Source: the human T2T-CHM13v2.0 reference genome, Homo sapiens
Assembly (NCBI RefSeq): GCF_009914755.1
Contig: NC_060927.1
DNA: 64,000 nt
Strand: one strand, 5' to 3'
Below, piece by piece: positions 46,491 through 60,732 of this stretch. Position 1 is the stretch's first letter, and each line of letters starts with the position of its first letter. The position numbers were made by a program, and so were the translations under genes. The notes beneath the pieces were generated by a model. It did no database searches. It had not been told where the DNA came from and was given only the letters and a program-made list of their open reading frames with translations.

Positions 46491-46749
46491 CAGAGCCACA
46501 TTATGATTATTGTGGGCCCTGGGCACTTGGCACTTTCATTTTACTGGACCTCTTTCTCCATAGTAAAAAACTAAAATGTATGATTTATAACTGCATTGGT
46601 ATAAGGGTGAATATGTTAATATTATATATGAAAATATTTTTCAACCTTAAATTTTTTTTCTTCTGATTTAAAGATATTAAAACATATATGTGGGCCTCTA
46701 AAAGTATTGTGGGTTTTAGGCACAGTACCTGATGGATAAGTTGGCCCTA
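46491..46749. mobile_element. hAT-Tip100-type MITE (family uncertain)
   Basis: CAGAGCCACATTAT...GTGGGCCCTGGGCAC start and ATAAGTTGGCCCT end, forming CAGGGCC-type TIRs. Confidence 0.45.
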
Positions 46750-48409
46750 GTGGATAGTGGGTATCAGTCAGAAATGCCACAGTACTTGAATAATAGGATC
46801 AGGGGAAGGGATTCTGGAGAGCCAGTGGGGACAGCATGATATCCTGGCTGGGTGAAAACAGGTAAGTACTTGAGGGAATGATGAATTGGGAGCCACGGTG
46901 AAAGGAGAGGTAAGTTGTCAAATGGAAGTTTGGGGTCAGATGGAGAAATGGGCTAAGTCTTTTGGTGTTGAACTACTCAAAAATGAAAAGGTTTCATGCT
47001 TTTGTCTAGAGATAAAATTCAGTCATTTGCCACATGACTGTTTTATTTTATGTCTAATTTTATTCATTTGCTTTGCTATATGTACCTATATTGTCATCAA
47101 TAAATTAATTCCCTAGGAAATAAATTCTAGGAAAACATTTTAGATTATTCTTAAACTTCGAAATGGAAAGATCTCTAGATTACATTATTTTAGTTCTAAT
47201 TTTTTGACTGAGATTAACAACATCAATGAGAAAAAGAAATATTGTTTCGTTTCAGTTGGGACATTAAAATATAATCAGTGCACCAATTTTTTGTGCACAG
47301 TAACTTTAGGGTTTTGAATTCAGCACATTTATACTTAATTTATAAGTGCTAATGTTTCTGGAATTATTTTAAGCAATATAGCATCCGATTATATATGAGC
47401 TACTTTATAATATTAGAAGTCATATTTAACTACAGGTTAAGTGACTACATTAAAAGGGAATACAATTATTTTAATGGATTTTTAATTAAATGCTTAAGTC
47501 CTAGGTAGTCTAGAGGTGCACTTTCAATTAAATTGATCTTTCTTGGAGGTTTGGTTAAAAGCTGTTGGCAAGAAGAAAAAAAAGATTGTGTTTTTAGTTT
47601 TGGTAAACATCAGACAAAGAAAGGTAGAAAAAAGAACAGTAGAATGTAATTTAATAATAGGTGAAAAACATAAACAGACATCTCACTAACTGTGTAACTT
47701 GTAAACAAACATAAAATGTCTATTCTTGGTAGCAATAAAGTACAAATCAAAGAGAGGCACCAATTTTACTACATAAATTAATTAGCAAAATATTGCATTG
47801 TTTTATTCATTCTATCTTCTATATGCAATTTTTTATGTTTTAAAGTATCTCTTTTTCTCTGATTCAAAAACCATATAATTATGGATTTTACCCCCTTTCA
47901 AATGTTGTGTAATGTGGTTATGTTACATAAATACCGAAAGACAAGAGGGAGGAGGAGAAGTAGCAGCAGGAGGGATAGGAAGACATAGGAAACATAAAAC
48001 AGCAAGCTCCCTACAGCTGGAAGTATTTAATCAGAGTCTGAATAGCCATTTGTTAAAAATGTTGATGAAGCGACTCCTATAGTGTATCGTTTGGAGTAGT
48101 TTATCTTCTAAGGTCCTTTCAAAGCCTGCAACTGGATAAATCAGTGAGATTTCTAGTGTTATTAATAAAATTTCTTACTAGGAGAAAAAAACAAATGGCA
48201 TTAGAAGTGACACAATTTATCTTCACAAACATGTAAAGCAAATTCAAGCTTTTGTAATATAAATAAAGAGCGAATTTCAGGCATCCTTTTTATTTTGTTA
48301 TTAAACCTTAGCCTGTATTTGAGGCATTAAGTAAATGAAAAACTACTTAGTTTCTTAATTATTTGGGAACTTTTAATATACAGTTACCTTAAATCTTACA
48401 GTTTAGATC

Positions 48410-48760
48410 TTTTCCTAAGTGTGGTCCTTAGAATACAGTATCAGAATCACCTGGAGAGCTTGCTAAAATGCAGATCCCAGTACATTGAAACTGCTGGATC
48501 AGAAAATGTGGAGTTTAAGTCTGAAGAATCTTCATTTTAAACTAATTTCCCAAGTTATTCTTATGCACCCAAGTTTAAGTACTACTTATTATGCTCTTGA
48601 AACTCAAAGTGTGATCCATGACCAGCAACATGAACATCGCCTGGAGTTTGTTAGAAATGCAGACTCTTAGGCCCTACCCCATACCTATAGAATCAGAATA
48701 ATCATTTTAACAAGACTCCTAGGTAGTTTGGGTACATTTTAAGGTCTAGGAAGCCCTAAT
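48410..48760. mobile_element. Two adjacent MER5A copies
   Basis: ATCAGAATCACCTGGAGAGCTTGCTAAAATGCAGA and CATCGCCTGGAGTTTGTTAGAAATGCAGACTCTTAGGCCC. Confidence 0.7.
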
Positions 48761-48872
48761 TAGACAATATCCAAAGAGTGACAAAATGAAGTCAAAACTT
48801 CACTGTTTCGTCAAGTATATAACCAGTGGTTTACTTTCACTCAACAAATATTCATTGAAAATAAACACCGTA

Positions 48873-49270
<398 letters not shown>

Positions 49271-51924
49271 TTACAAAGAATCAACAATTGGCATTTTTCA
49301 CTGATGTAAGAATAAAACAGATTATGTCTACTAGAAGAAAATGATGTGAATTTTTAATTGAGTCCCACTTTTATAATTTTATATATTTTAATTGGTATAC
49401 AACTAATTTTGTTGATGTTCTCAGTCACTAAATTCTATGTATTTGGTAATGTGATAGAGTGAAGATCTGGGGGCAACACTACAAAGGTATTATCTAAGTG
49501 GAAGGGAAAGTGCCACTTTTAGAATGGCTGTATAAGCTCCAATCAGAATGAAACTCTCACAAATAACAATAAACTCAATATTTACATAGTTGTTTATTTT
49601 GTTTTAAATTACCTGACAGCACAAAAATAGAGAGATTGTAGAAGGAAATCAAGTTGGAAGAAGAGGGTACAGTGATTTTCCCATTTTTAAGTGTTTTAGC
49701 CTGCAGGCAGGCTCGTATCTGCACCTTGTGGGCAGCTATGATAGTGACACAAAAATTAGCAGAGGGTTTTCCTCAAGTATTAACAGAGTACTGATCAACA
49801 CATGCATGTGAGGAAGTCACACAAGGCTGGAGAAAGGAGCACTCAAAAATATTAGAGAGAACAAACAGTTGCCAATAATGCTCACATAAGGATAGGAATC
49901 GTCCCTCTTCTCATCAACCAGACAAGAAAACCTTAAAACGCACAAAACACTAGAATGAATAGTCAATGGCTTTCCTTGGTATTATTAGCCTTTGACTGAA
50001 AACTATTCATGTCTTATATAGCAAGTCTTAAAAGCAAGATGCAAAATGATCAAACTGTTTCCAAGAAACAACTACATTTGTGAGCAACGCTCAATAATAT
50101 TTGGAGGAATACAGAGCTGTCCAGCGTTTAACAAGTAAAATTCAGTGTCTGGAATCCAATGAAAAATTAGTAGCATGCAAGAAAGCATGGATGTATGACT
50201 CATCGTGAAGAGAAAAATCAATAAAAACTGAGGTCACTGATGTGTTTTTGAATCTAAGAGTGGGGGGAAAGTAATAAGATTTCTTTAAAACAAGCAAGTA
50301 GAAATTATTGCTATCTTTTCTTAAACAAACAAAAAAAAGAAAACATAGTTGTTTCATATCTCCTACACTTTCCTGGAAATTCTATCCTCTTACCTGTGAA
50401 AGAAACAAGAAATCTTACAGGATAGGAAGGTAATTTGAGGAGTATGTCAGATTTCCCTAAATAATATGTCTTTAGGCATTCAGAATATACAGACCTCTGA
50501 TTTCTAACTGACTGCAAAAATAGCTAGTTGATTATTACATTTTGCTGAAAAGGATACTAAGCTTATATTTGGATAAAATTCACCAAACATTGTAGAGGTA
50601 GAGGGGGAAAGAGAGAGAAATAAAAGAGGGGGGGAGAGAGAAGACTGTATGACTAGTAATAACAGAGCAAAATATTTTAAAATATAAAATAAAAGGTAAG
50701 TAGTCAAATGCATGAACATAAGTTGGAAAGGGATATATGGATTACTGAAGAGAAGAAGTACATGCCTAGTCCTCGTAAGACAACCTCTCTTCCACAGTTT
50801 ATAATCTCTCTGCCACCAATGATAATCTAGTATCCCAAAAGGAAAAACAATATGTAATAAATGTTATAGAACATGAAGTATCATGAAATCAGCCATGAAA
50901 ATCAAGAAGTATACATCATTCTATTTGTTTTGGTACATGGAAATTATTTCTTTTCATAAAAATACAAACTAAAACTACAGGACAATATAAGTAAAATCAT
51001 GTGGAGTGGTCTATCATAGTTATGTCGGCCTTCCCGTCAACTCTCCCATCCATCTTAGTCATTCTTTGTCTCTCGCTGTGTGAAGAGGATGTTTCTCTTG
51101 TCTAGTTAATCATTTGACACCTGATTGGTTAGTGGCTAGAATTAGATAACAAACCAGGCATTTGGTGGGATAAATGGAAGGAGAGAGAGGGGAAGGGTTC
51201 TGTGTAAAGGAAATTGTTATCAGAACTTCCATAGACATTTTGTCATCTAGCCATTTATGCTATTCTCATCTGAGCAAAGCAAAAATTATTGAATCAGCAA
51301 TGGTCACAAACATGAACAGCATGCTTATTTAAAAGAATGTTGACCACAGACTCAAAGTTATCTGACTTTTTATCTTAATTCAAATCTGAGATCCATCACT
51401 AACAGGACTTGTGCATATCTCCTAATTTCTTGGAGTCTTATAATCATTTCATTATCTTTAAAATTCATAGTAATTCTTATCTTTTAAAGTTTCAGGGAGG
51501 ACAAAAGGGGACAAAAATAATTAAAGTCTGAAACAAGGTAGGAAGCCAAAACATACCAGTTCCCTACCTGCCATTCCTCTTTCTTAGATTACCCAGAATG
51601 TAGAACCATTGGCCATAAAACAGTCTGTAGACAGGCCTGATGGAGTAACAGTCAACAATGTTTACCTGCTCTGATAAATATTTTCGTTGTCATAGCATAT
51701 GGGAGCTCCCAAAATATTACCCAAAGCATACAGTTACTGGCTCAACATAAACATGAACAATGACTTAGAGATATCCTGAGAATAATAATTCCTGTCTCAT
51801 AGGGTTTTAGGAAGAACAAAGCAGTGGCTTGTCTTATGTCAGGAATATGGAATAGCAGATGCATTTCTCTAAAGATGCTCTTTGAGTCATCCAGGATGGT
51901 GGGCTCATTTTTGAGATAACCCTG

Positions 51925-53480
51925 GATTAATCAAGACTCTTGGTTGTAACTGAGTGAAATTTACTTAACATCAGCTTAAATTGCTGCTGTTGTTTTTTGG
52001 GAGGAAGTATTATAATATGTAACTGAAAAATGCAGATATTACCCAGCTTTCAGGCAGAATTGTATCCAGGCACATAAACGCTATCTTCAGAGGGCTGTCT
52101 CTTTTCATCTCCTGATTCTACCTTTCTCTAGGTTGTCTTTATTCTCAGGTAGACTCATCCTATGGTGGAAAACACATCCCCTGGAAGCTGAAAGTTTTCA
52201 CTGTCTCTTGTAATGGATGATTCCAGAGAAAAGGTAGTGGTGTTTGTTTGTTTGTTTCCTAACAGCCTTAGCAAAAGTCCCTGATAGAATTTTACTTCAT
52301 TTGGCTTGGGTCACATGCCCTTTCTTGATCTACTGAATGTGACTAAAAAGATGGAGTCCTCAGGTGTAGGTCCAACCCCACAGGGTCAGTGGGTCTCTCC
52401 CCGTGTGCGGAGATGAGAGAGTGTAGAAATAAAGACACAAGACAAAGAGATAAAAGAAAAGGCAGCTGGGCCCAGAGGACCACTACCACCAAGTCACGGA
52501 GACCGGTAGTGGCCCCAAATGCCAGACTGCACTGATATTTATTGGATACAAGACAAAGGGGCAGGATAAGGAGAGTGAGCCATCTCCAATGATAGGTAAG
52601 ACCATGTGGGTCACGTGTCCACTGGATGGGGGGCCCTTCCCTGCCTGGCAGCCGAGGCAGAGAAAGAGACAAAGAGAGAAATAATTTACACCATTATTAG
52701 AGACTTTTAGTACTTTCACTAATTTGCTACTACCATCTAGAAGGCAGAGCCAGGTGTACAGGATGGAACATGAAGGCGGACTAGGAGCATGACCACTGAA
52801 GCACAGCATCACAGGGAGACAGGCCTCTGGATAACTGTGGGCGAGCCTGACTAATGTCAGGCCCTCCACAAGAGGTGGAGGAGTAGAGTCTTTTCTAAAC
52901 TCCCCCGGGGAAAGGGAGACTCCCTTTCCCGGTCTGCTAAGTAGTGGGTGTTTTTCCTTGATACTTACGCTCCCGCTAGACCACGGTCCGCCTGGCAACG
53001 GGCGTCTTCCCAGACGCTGCCGTTACCGCTAGACAAAGGATCCCTCTGGTGGCCCTGTCTGGGCATAACAGAAGGCTCGCACTCTTGTCTTCTGGTCACT
53101 CCTCACTATGTCCCCTCAGCTCCTATCTCTGTATGGCCTGGTTTTTCCTAGGTTATGATTATAGAGCGAGGATTATTATTATATTGGAATAAAGAATAAG
53201 TACTACTAACTAATGATTAATTATATTCATATATAATCATATCTGAGATCTATATCTGGTATAACTCTTCTTGTTTTATATTTTATTATACTGGAACAGC
53301 TCGTGTCCTCAGTCTCTTGCCTTGGCACCTGAGTGGCTTGCCACCCACACTCAGGTTGTCTCAGCCAGGGCCCCTGTGCCTGCCCTGTGACTTTGTGGTG
53401 GTCCTGGGGCACGGGAATGGGAATAGCCCCCCACTTCATCCCAGCATACATATGAGGAGTTCTATAATCAGGGAAAAGAA
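51925..53480. mobile_element. MLT1J/K-like MaLR LTR split by the LTR13 insertion
   Basis: GACTCTTGGTTGTAACTG...GTAACTGAAAA...GCTTTCAGGCAG...ATCCAGG...TTGGCTTGGGTCACATGCCC. Appears to continue after 53355. Confidence 0.55.
52365..53349 (-). mobile_element. Complete solo LTR13 (HERV-K13/HML-4 LTR)
   Basis: Minus strand starts TGTGGGTGGCAAGCCACTCAGGTGCCAAGGCAAGAGACTGAGGACACGAGCTGTTCCAGTATAAT (recalled LTR13 consensus). TG...CA ends and a perfect 6-bp TSD CTCAGG (52359-52364, 53350-53355), typical of HERV-K. Confidence 0.9.
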
Positions 53481-54227
53481 AGGAGTAAAAAAGTTCTGTG
53501 CAGGTAAATGCATTACTAGAGCCTTTCGGAGTCAGTATTCATTCATCATTATTACAGTTTTTATCAAACTCCTAAGCATAATATAAACTGTAAGGTTTCT
53601 GTGTGTTAAGAAATAACCAGGTTATTTTAGTTAGTTTGACCAGCTTGGTTGGGATGTGGAGTGGAGTCAGTTAGAAGGAGTAAGGTCCGTTGGAGAGATG
53701 GAAGAAAAAGAGGTTGATTCCTGAACACCATTTCTGACTTTTAATTCCCAGCTTGTGGAGCCTCATCCTGCTCCCCCAGCTCCCCAGTGACCCAGAGCTG
53801 TACAAAGTCCCAAGGCTGTCCCACTTACTATGGACCAAGCAATGAAATAGGTACTAGAAACACAGTGGTAAGAAAAATGAATACCATCTCTGCACTCAGC
53901 AAGCTAAGAATATAGTACAATAGTTGTTGTTTCCTGGGTTGGGTATTTGTGTCCTTGCTGTTCTTTAGAAATCACCTAAAGACACACCAGCATGACATCT
54001 TTTCCTTCCCCATTCTGAGTTAACACAAAGGATCAAGTGGTTGAATCCTCAGGAAGACAGAGATCTGCCCAGAATTATGCTTCACTGATAATTTCAAGGC
54101 TACAAGGAATCAACAAGCATTGATAGAACAAGAAGAAGACAGGAACATCCTCTACTATTCCCCAGGTCCTTCCATTCTGCAGTGAACGTGCTCTCTCTAA
54201 CCCCAAGTAGTAGATGATCATGGGTGT

Positions 54228-54583
54228 TTTTTTTGTTTGTTTGTTTGGATTCTTGTTGTTGTTGTTGTTGTTTGTTTTTGTTTTTGTTTTCTTTTGAGAC
54301 AGAGTCTCACTCTGTCTCCCAGGCTGGAGTGCAGTGGTGTAATTCCAGCTCACTGCAACCTCCCCCTCTCGGGTTCAAGCGAGTCTCCTGCCTCAGCCCC
54401 CCATTAGCTAGGATTACATAGGCATGTGCTCTGCTACCACACCCAGCTAATTTTTGTGTTTTTGGTAGAGACGGGGTTTTATCATGTTGCCCAGGCTGGT
54501 CTTAAACTCCTGACCTCAGGTGAATTGTCCGCCTTGACTTCCCAAAGTTCTGAGATTATGGGCATGAGCCACTCCACCTGGCC
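54228..54583 (-). mobile_element. AluS with (GTT/GTTT)n tail
   Basis: Antisense dimer. TSD CATGGGTGT (54219-54227) / CGTGGGTGT (54584-54592). Confidence 0.92.
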
Positions 54584-54613
54584 CGTGGGTGTGATTTCTA
54601 TTCTGTATACTAC

Positions 54614-55075
54614 TGTCAAGAACTGTGCAATGTTTGAGATTTTACCCTGCTTTTATACTAACAAGCTTTTACTGTTTCACAGTTGCTGACAGAAGACATG
54701 AGATTCCTGGGTCAGAAACAAAAGACATTATTACTCATGGCAAAAGAAGCAGCCAGGCCTTCGTTTGTTTGTGTTAATTCCCCGTGTTCCCCCAACTCTC
54801 ACAACAAGGACACACAAACAGCCCATTATGGATGCCTGCACCTGCAATTAGTTACATTATACCAGGGAAACACTGAGCTTAGGGCATCTACCACTTTTAT
54901 AGTTAGTGGAAACAAGTCTATTCTTTATTGTCAAAGGAGATGTTAGCTCATTTCTCTGTGGAACTATAGCCCTGAAAAATGGCTTGGGTAAAGATGATCA
55001 GAGCCTTGAATTCTTAGCATACACAGCAAGAATATGTAGGGATAATCAGGGCCTGTGGCAAATTCTTTCCCAATA
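54614..55075. mobile_element. ERVL-class solo LTR (MER76-like; family uncertain)
   Basis: TGTCAAGAACTGTG...GAGATTTTACCCT...CAGAAGACATGAGATTCCTGGGTCAG resembles a recalled ERVL LTR end. Confidence 0.5.
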
Positions 55076-55119
55076 TATACTTTATTTTAGAATGCACTAA
55101 TGTGTTATCATTTGAGAGT

Positions 55120-56830
55120 CTCAGTAATTTGAGAATTCCCTTTCTCTTTTGTATCTTTAAATCATCTCTCTGTTGGTCCTTTTCAATGAGTAAACTTCTG
55201 CAAGTGTCATTCACCTTAAAAAACTTCCCCTCTTCCACTACCACACTTTACTGTACAACTACAACCTCCTCTCCTTAACAGTCAAACTTATTACTAGGCG
55301 TGTCTTAATTCCCTGTCTTTCTTCCTTTATCTCCCTCTTCTTTGTCAACCCAGCCCACTAAATCTGGTACCAATTGAACCACTCCACTAACACAGCTATA
55401 TATACTAAATAAATTATCAGTGTAGTAAAATAGAGTATACTATATTATATACTAGTATATATTATAATTATATGTAGTAATATACTATATAGTATATACT
55501 TATTATACCATATATAACTGTATATAGTCTGTATATATATTTATATAAAACTGTGTTAATGTAGTGACTCAACTGGTACCAGATTTTAGTAAATAAATAA
55601 GTAAATATATATATGTGTGTGTGTGTAGATATATGTTTTTATGCTAAGTACTAAAGTATACTAAATTTATATGTATATAGTAAATATATATTTAGTGTGT
55701 GTGTATATATATGTATTTATTATATAGTAGTAGAGGGAGACAGAGAGATCACTGTGGTGTGGCATATAGAAGATATTGGAGGGTCCCATGGTGGACATGG
55801 AGACAGCTGTAATTAGGTTACTGCAACCATCAATATAGTTTAAATTAGTGTGGTGACAGTGGAGATTAAAAATGAAAAGATTTGACACGTGTTAGAAGGT
55901 AACTTTGATACAGTGAAATTTGGTATTAGGTTGGTTAGTATGAAGGAGGGGAAAGTGTCAAGGATGACTTCTAAGTTTCAGGCTTGTGTTTGTAGATAGA
56001 TGGTAGTTGAAAAATCAGCTCACATTTTTCCCCTGATCTTAGTCCACATATTCAACTGCCTAATAATATCCCCAACTTTTCATCTCTTTTGATAATTCAA
56101 AAGAAAATGGATTTGGTGATCAGGCAAGCCAGAGATAAAACCAGAAACTTTAAACTGATAATATTTCATCATCTAGTCAGAGCCACATTTACACAGGTGG
56201 AGAGAAAGGACCCAGTATGTATTTAAACTGTCGTTTTATATAGTTCCTGAGCAGGTAAGTGTCCTCCTTTCCTCACTTACTGGAGGATGCTTAACTAGCG
56301 TTTTTCTTTTTCTTCTTTTTTTTTTTTTTTTGGCCGTGAGAGATAATAACAAGTAGATAACAAAATTTGTCTTTTGACTTATGTACTTGCCCATCAAAAT
56401 ATTTATTTCTAAAACTGATCTATTCATCTAATATGCAGTGTTTCTTCTCTTGTGCTATTTTGGTGAATGCCACAACCATCTATCCAATTATTCAAGGCAA
56501 TTGACCTTGACTCTTTCTTCTCCATCACATTCACTTAATAACCAAGTCATACTGATTTATTCTTCTTAAGTTCTTTTATATCTGCCCACATCTCTCTATT
56601 TCTTCTGCTACTAGCTTAGGTCCTCATCATCTTTCATCTGGATTTTGGCAATAGTTATTTGTTGGCTTCTCTGCCTTCAGTCTGCCACCCCTCTTATCTA
56701 TTCTTCACTCTGTTAGTGCCCACTGCATATAAAGTAAAGTCATAACTCCTTAATGTAGTATAAAAGACTTTCCATGATCAGGCCCCTGCCACATCTCTAG
56801 CAAAATCTTTTTCCACTTTAACTCTCCCTC
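55120..56830. mobile_element. Cluster of L2 fragments in both orientations
   Basis: Pyrimidine-rich sense L2 pieces (55120-55395, 55995-56080, 56420-56830) and a purine-rich antisense piece (55730-55990, GTGTCAAGGATGACTTCTAAGTTTC). Confidence 0.55.
55357..55590. repeat. ~40-bp imperfect inverted repeat around a TA-rich spacer
   Basis: 55357-55395 vs reverse complement of 55551-55590: about 5 substitutions plus 1 indel. Confidence 0.85.
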
Positions 56831-57551
56831 TAGAGAGATCAAACTAATTGCATATTCTATGAACGTGCATACTCTCCTCCTATCCTTAGCAAAAGATAAG
56901 TCCTTTAAGCTTTGTTCCTTCTCAGTACTGTCATTCTCTTCAAAAGTCCTATTCGCCTCTTTTCTAAACTAAGTGGTTTTTGTTATTGCTTGGTGAATGC
57001 CTGTGCTAGAAAATTGGTAACTTTTTTTTTTATTTGCAGCAATAGCAGAAATTAGGGAAATAAAATCCACAGAGTTACCAGCATGCATTTATTTCCTATT
57101 CAATTAGATCTGACTTTCAAGATACCAGAGATTGTAGCTGCCAAGAAAAGAACAAAAGGAAACACACAGGATAAAGGATGAGATTTTAAAAAAAAAGTAA
57201 GGAGAGATCATTCACCATGAAGAAACCATTCAAGAAGCCAGCTTTACCATCCCTGCCACTGTCAGGTTTATCATGACTTTGTACAGGCAATTTTATAAAC
57301 ACTAAACATTTGTAGTCAAGATGAACCAAGATGAACCATCAAATTCATTATAATTTTGACAGAATATAATATCTCCAATAAATTCTGTAGGGAACAACTG
57401 GAAAGTATGACTTTTATGTACTTTATGAAATACAGATTAAGTCATTTTACAGGCTAGAGGACAACAAATCTTTTTAAAAAGTAGATGTTACATTTGAGCT
57501 GCACTTGGTGATTTTCTCCCACTGTAAGCTGCTCCAGTTTACCACATGCAT

Positions 57552-58150
57552 CAGTAAAGATAATTTTGTTTGCAAGCAACAGAGTCATTGAACTAAAAAA
57601 TAATTAAAGGGAGTTATTGGATGACCTAACAGAAGTTCAGAGATAGGGAGGACTTCAGGCAGAGTTTAATCAGGGCTCCAACTCCAGTTCTCTGTAAGTT
57701 CTTCAGTTTTGTCCTGTATTGATTGACTTTATCTTTAGTGTAGCTTCACTCATGGAAGCAAAGTGGTTATGCAAAATGGCTCACATTCATACATTATAGT
57801 TTCCACAGCAAGAGAGCATCTATGTCCCAGGATCCCCAGCCTATATGTTGAGCTTCCTACTGACTGGATCTTATCTGAAGTAATGCATTCCTCATGAGAA
57901 AGCCTCATGCATTCCTCATGAAGGGACTACCTGATCAAATTACTGTGGTAAATAGAGATGAGATTATGCCAAATAAAGCCCATTCTGGATTTGGAAGAGG
58001 GGCAGTGTTTATCAATCCCACATAAACTACATAATATCTCTAAAGTGAAAGAGGTAAAATTTCCCTAAAGAAAACCTGGGAACCCCCAGGTTTATTTAGT
58101 ATGAAAGAAGGAAAATGGATGAATCCCAAACAGGCAACCAGTCAATACTC
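57552..58150. mobile_element. MLT1K-like MaLR LTR
   Basis: TTTGCAAGCAACAGA...GAGTTATTGG...GACTTCAGGCAGAGTTTAATCAGGGCTC. Confidence 0.5.
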
Positions 58151-59584
58151 ACTACAGACACAATTCATAGTTGTTCATCAGAAGATTTAGAAATTATTTT
58201 GTAATCCAGATGTTTCAAGCTACTTGTGAGTAGTCAAAAATAAATATCAAGAGTCTGCTGCGAGGGTGAAAAGAGGGTAAACAGAGGCAAGGAGCCCAAT
58301 TCTGAGAAATTCCATCAGTGAGTATAGATGCATTAGAAGATTGAATGGTGTGGATGACTCTCAAACTACTCATTCATTCATTCATTCATCCCTATGACAT
58401 GTATAGGGTGTAAATCTATGCCAGAAAATATTTAAGTCAATGGGATCTTTAACCCCTTAAGAAATTCATTCTATCAGGCACTGCAGAATTTTAAGGAAGA
58501 AATAAGCAATTTTGATATATAGAGTGATTGCCACTATAGTAGAACACAGGAAAATAAGGCCACATGGAAAACCTAGCAGAGTCTTCATGAAACTCTTCAA
58601 TATTTCTTCCAAACCTAATACTTCTACAGTGCAATCTCCAACATAAAGCACCCTAGGAGCACTTTATTTTCAATCAACAAGTATCTGAGAGTAGTATATT
58701 AAAAGGCAAAGGAAGAATAATTTATCTTACTCTGGTTCTCAGTTAAATGGTCACACAATCTAAAAAAAAAAATGAAACGATTTTGATTGTTTGGAAACAA
58801 TCTCAGGGAGCTCTTAAGTACAAAATACATTTGCTAATAATATGCATTCTTTTAAGATATTATATTGTATGTCCATCTGAGGAAATAGTTTTGAGGGATA
58901 CATAAAGCAAAAATATTTAGAGAAAGGACATAAAAGGAAAAATAGCAGACATAGTTTATTCTTTTTGACAGTCTTTTATAGCATAGAATCATGAAATCTT
59001 GGGTCCATATCACAGTGGTAATGCTGAGAAAATTCTAACCACTTTATCCTTATTCCCAGCAGTGTCCTGGAACTCCAATTCTAAGAGTAAGGCTTTCCAT
59101 AAGCATCTAGCATGAAGATATAACTCAGAGAGTTTTTGAAAAATTATTTCTTCACATGAAGTATACTTGATAATAACATTTTAATGTAATATTGAAATTT
59201 CTGATTCTTAACTCTGTTGGGCAGAATCTTGATAGCCAAGAAAATCACTTGTGACAGTTCCAGAATAAGGGTCTAATATCATAGCAATTTAACCCAGTTT
59301 CATCCTATATCAGAAGTATTCGATCAGAAAAGAAGTAACATTTCCTTCAGGTTAACAGAAGTAGATCATTTCTCGTAACAGATCGTGTTAAAATTGTCTT
59401 GAAATTGCATAGTTTTGCTTACTCTAATACGTATATATATTTAAATATTTTGGTCTGAGTACAGATTTAGGAATTTGGACTGAATTGGTCTAATTTAATT
59501 AAACTGAGAAATCTAGCTAAATTATGACATTTGTGATTCATGTGACATTGAGGTTAAACAGACTACTTTCTACACTCTTGCTAG

Positions 59585-59905
59585 TTGGAATTTATGGTCC
59601 ACAGTCCAGTACATCAGAATTACCTTGGATCTAGTTAGAAATGCAGAATCTCAGACCTCAGTTGCAGATCTACTAAATCAGCATCTGCATTTTAACAAAA
59701 TCCCTAGGTAATTAAAACACTTACTGCACCAGGCAATCTTAACTCTGACTACACATTAGAATCACTTAGGGTGCTTTAAAAATGTTTTGATACACAGGCC
59801 TTAGCCATGCCCAATTAAATCAGACCCTGTAAGGGTGGGACCCTGGCACTGGTATTTTTTGATGCTCACCAAGTGGTTCTAATGTGCTGCCAAGTTTGAG
59901 GACTT
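59585..59905. mobile_element. MER5A/MER5 pair
   Basis: GTTAGAAATGCAGAATCTCAG...AATCAGCATCTGCATTTTAACAA and CATTAGAATCACTTAGGGTGCTTTAAAA...GGTTCTAATGTGCTGCCAAGTTTGAG. Confidence 0.7.
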
Positions 59906-60615
59906 TTGATTACACAATGCCCAATCAGTAAATTCAGTGTATTCTGAAAGGGCAAAAAGAAAAAAGAAGTCAAACCAATTACTTAGTATTTGGTCCCACT
60001 CTATAAATGATTGATTTTTTTTAACTTTTAATAAGTTTGCTTTGCTATGGTGTGAACACAGCCTATTATGTCTCAACCTGCCCAGAAATGTATTGTATTT
60101 TAAATCAAGAAGAGAAATGCTTTACCATCCAAATTAAATAAAAGGAGACTTACGTTTGTTTTTCAATTTTACTTCCCTTTGGTGACCTTATTCTCCAGCT
60201 TGACAGAGCTAAATGCTAAATTTCAGATAAACCACTGTACTTTTGGATTGTCCACCCTGCTCTCCATGCACTCAATTTTCATTTTTCCCCTAAGCCTAAT
60301 GGACTTCTTGCCTCTGGATTTCTATATTGTTCACTGCTCCTGCCATGCACTCTCACTTCATGGTCTTATATTGTTAGCTCTACTAGTTAATGGAATAAAA
60401 ATATTATTTAATTTCTACATATAATCTCAAGCATTACCATATGCCAAAATCTTACATATGAATAGGAAAAAAATCACAGCACAGTACATGTGGCCATCAC
60501 TATCATCTCATTTTATAGATGGGGAAACTGAGTCTCAGAGAGGCAAGGTAACTGGCTAATAAGTTCGAACACTGTTTTTCCCAAGACTATTTGACTCAAA
60601 ATACAGAGGAAGTTT

Positions 60616-60616
<1 letters not shown>

Positions 60617-60661
<45 letters not shown>
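60617..60661. repeat. (GT)n microsatellite
   Basis: Uninterrupted GT run. Confidence 0.95.
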
Positions 60662-60662
<1 letters not shown>

Positions 60663-60732
60663 ATGCTTATTTCAACTATAGTATAGTACTTTAATTAAAA
60701 TTCTAGGACAGATTAAGAATATAAACATGTTA

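Noticed and set aside
52343-53586. Several ORFs up to 171 aa
   Set aside because: They lie within solo LTR13 and show no gag/pol/env similarity.
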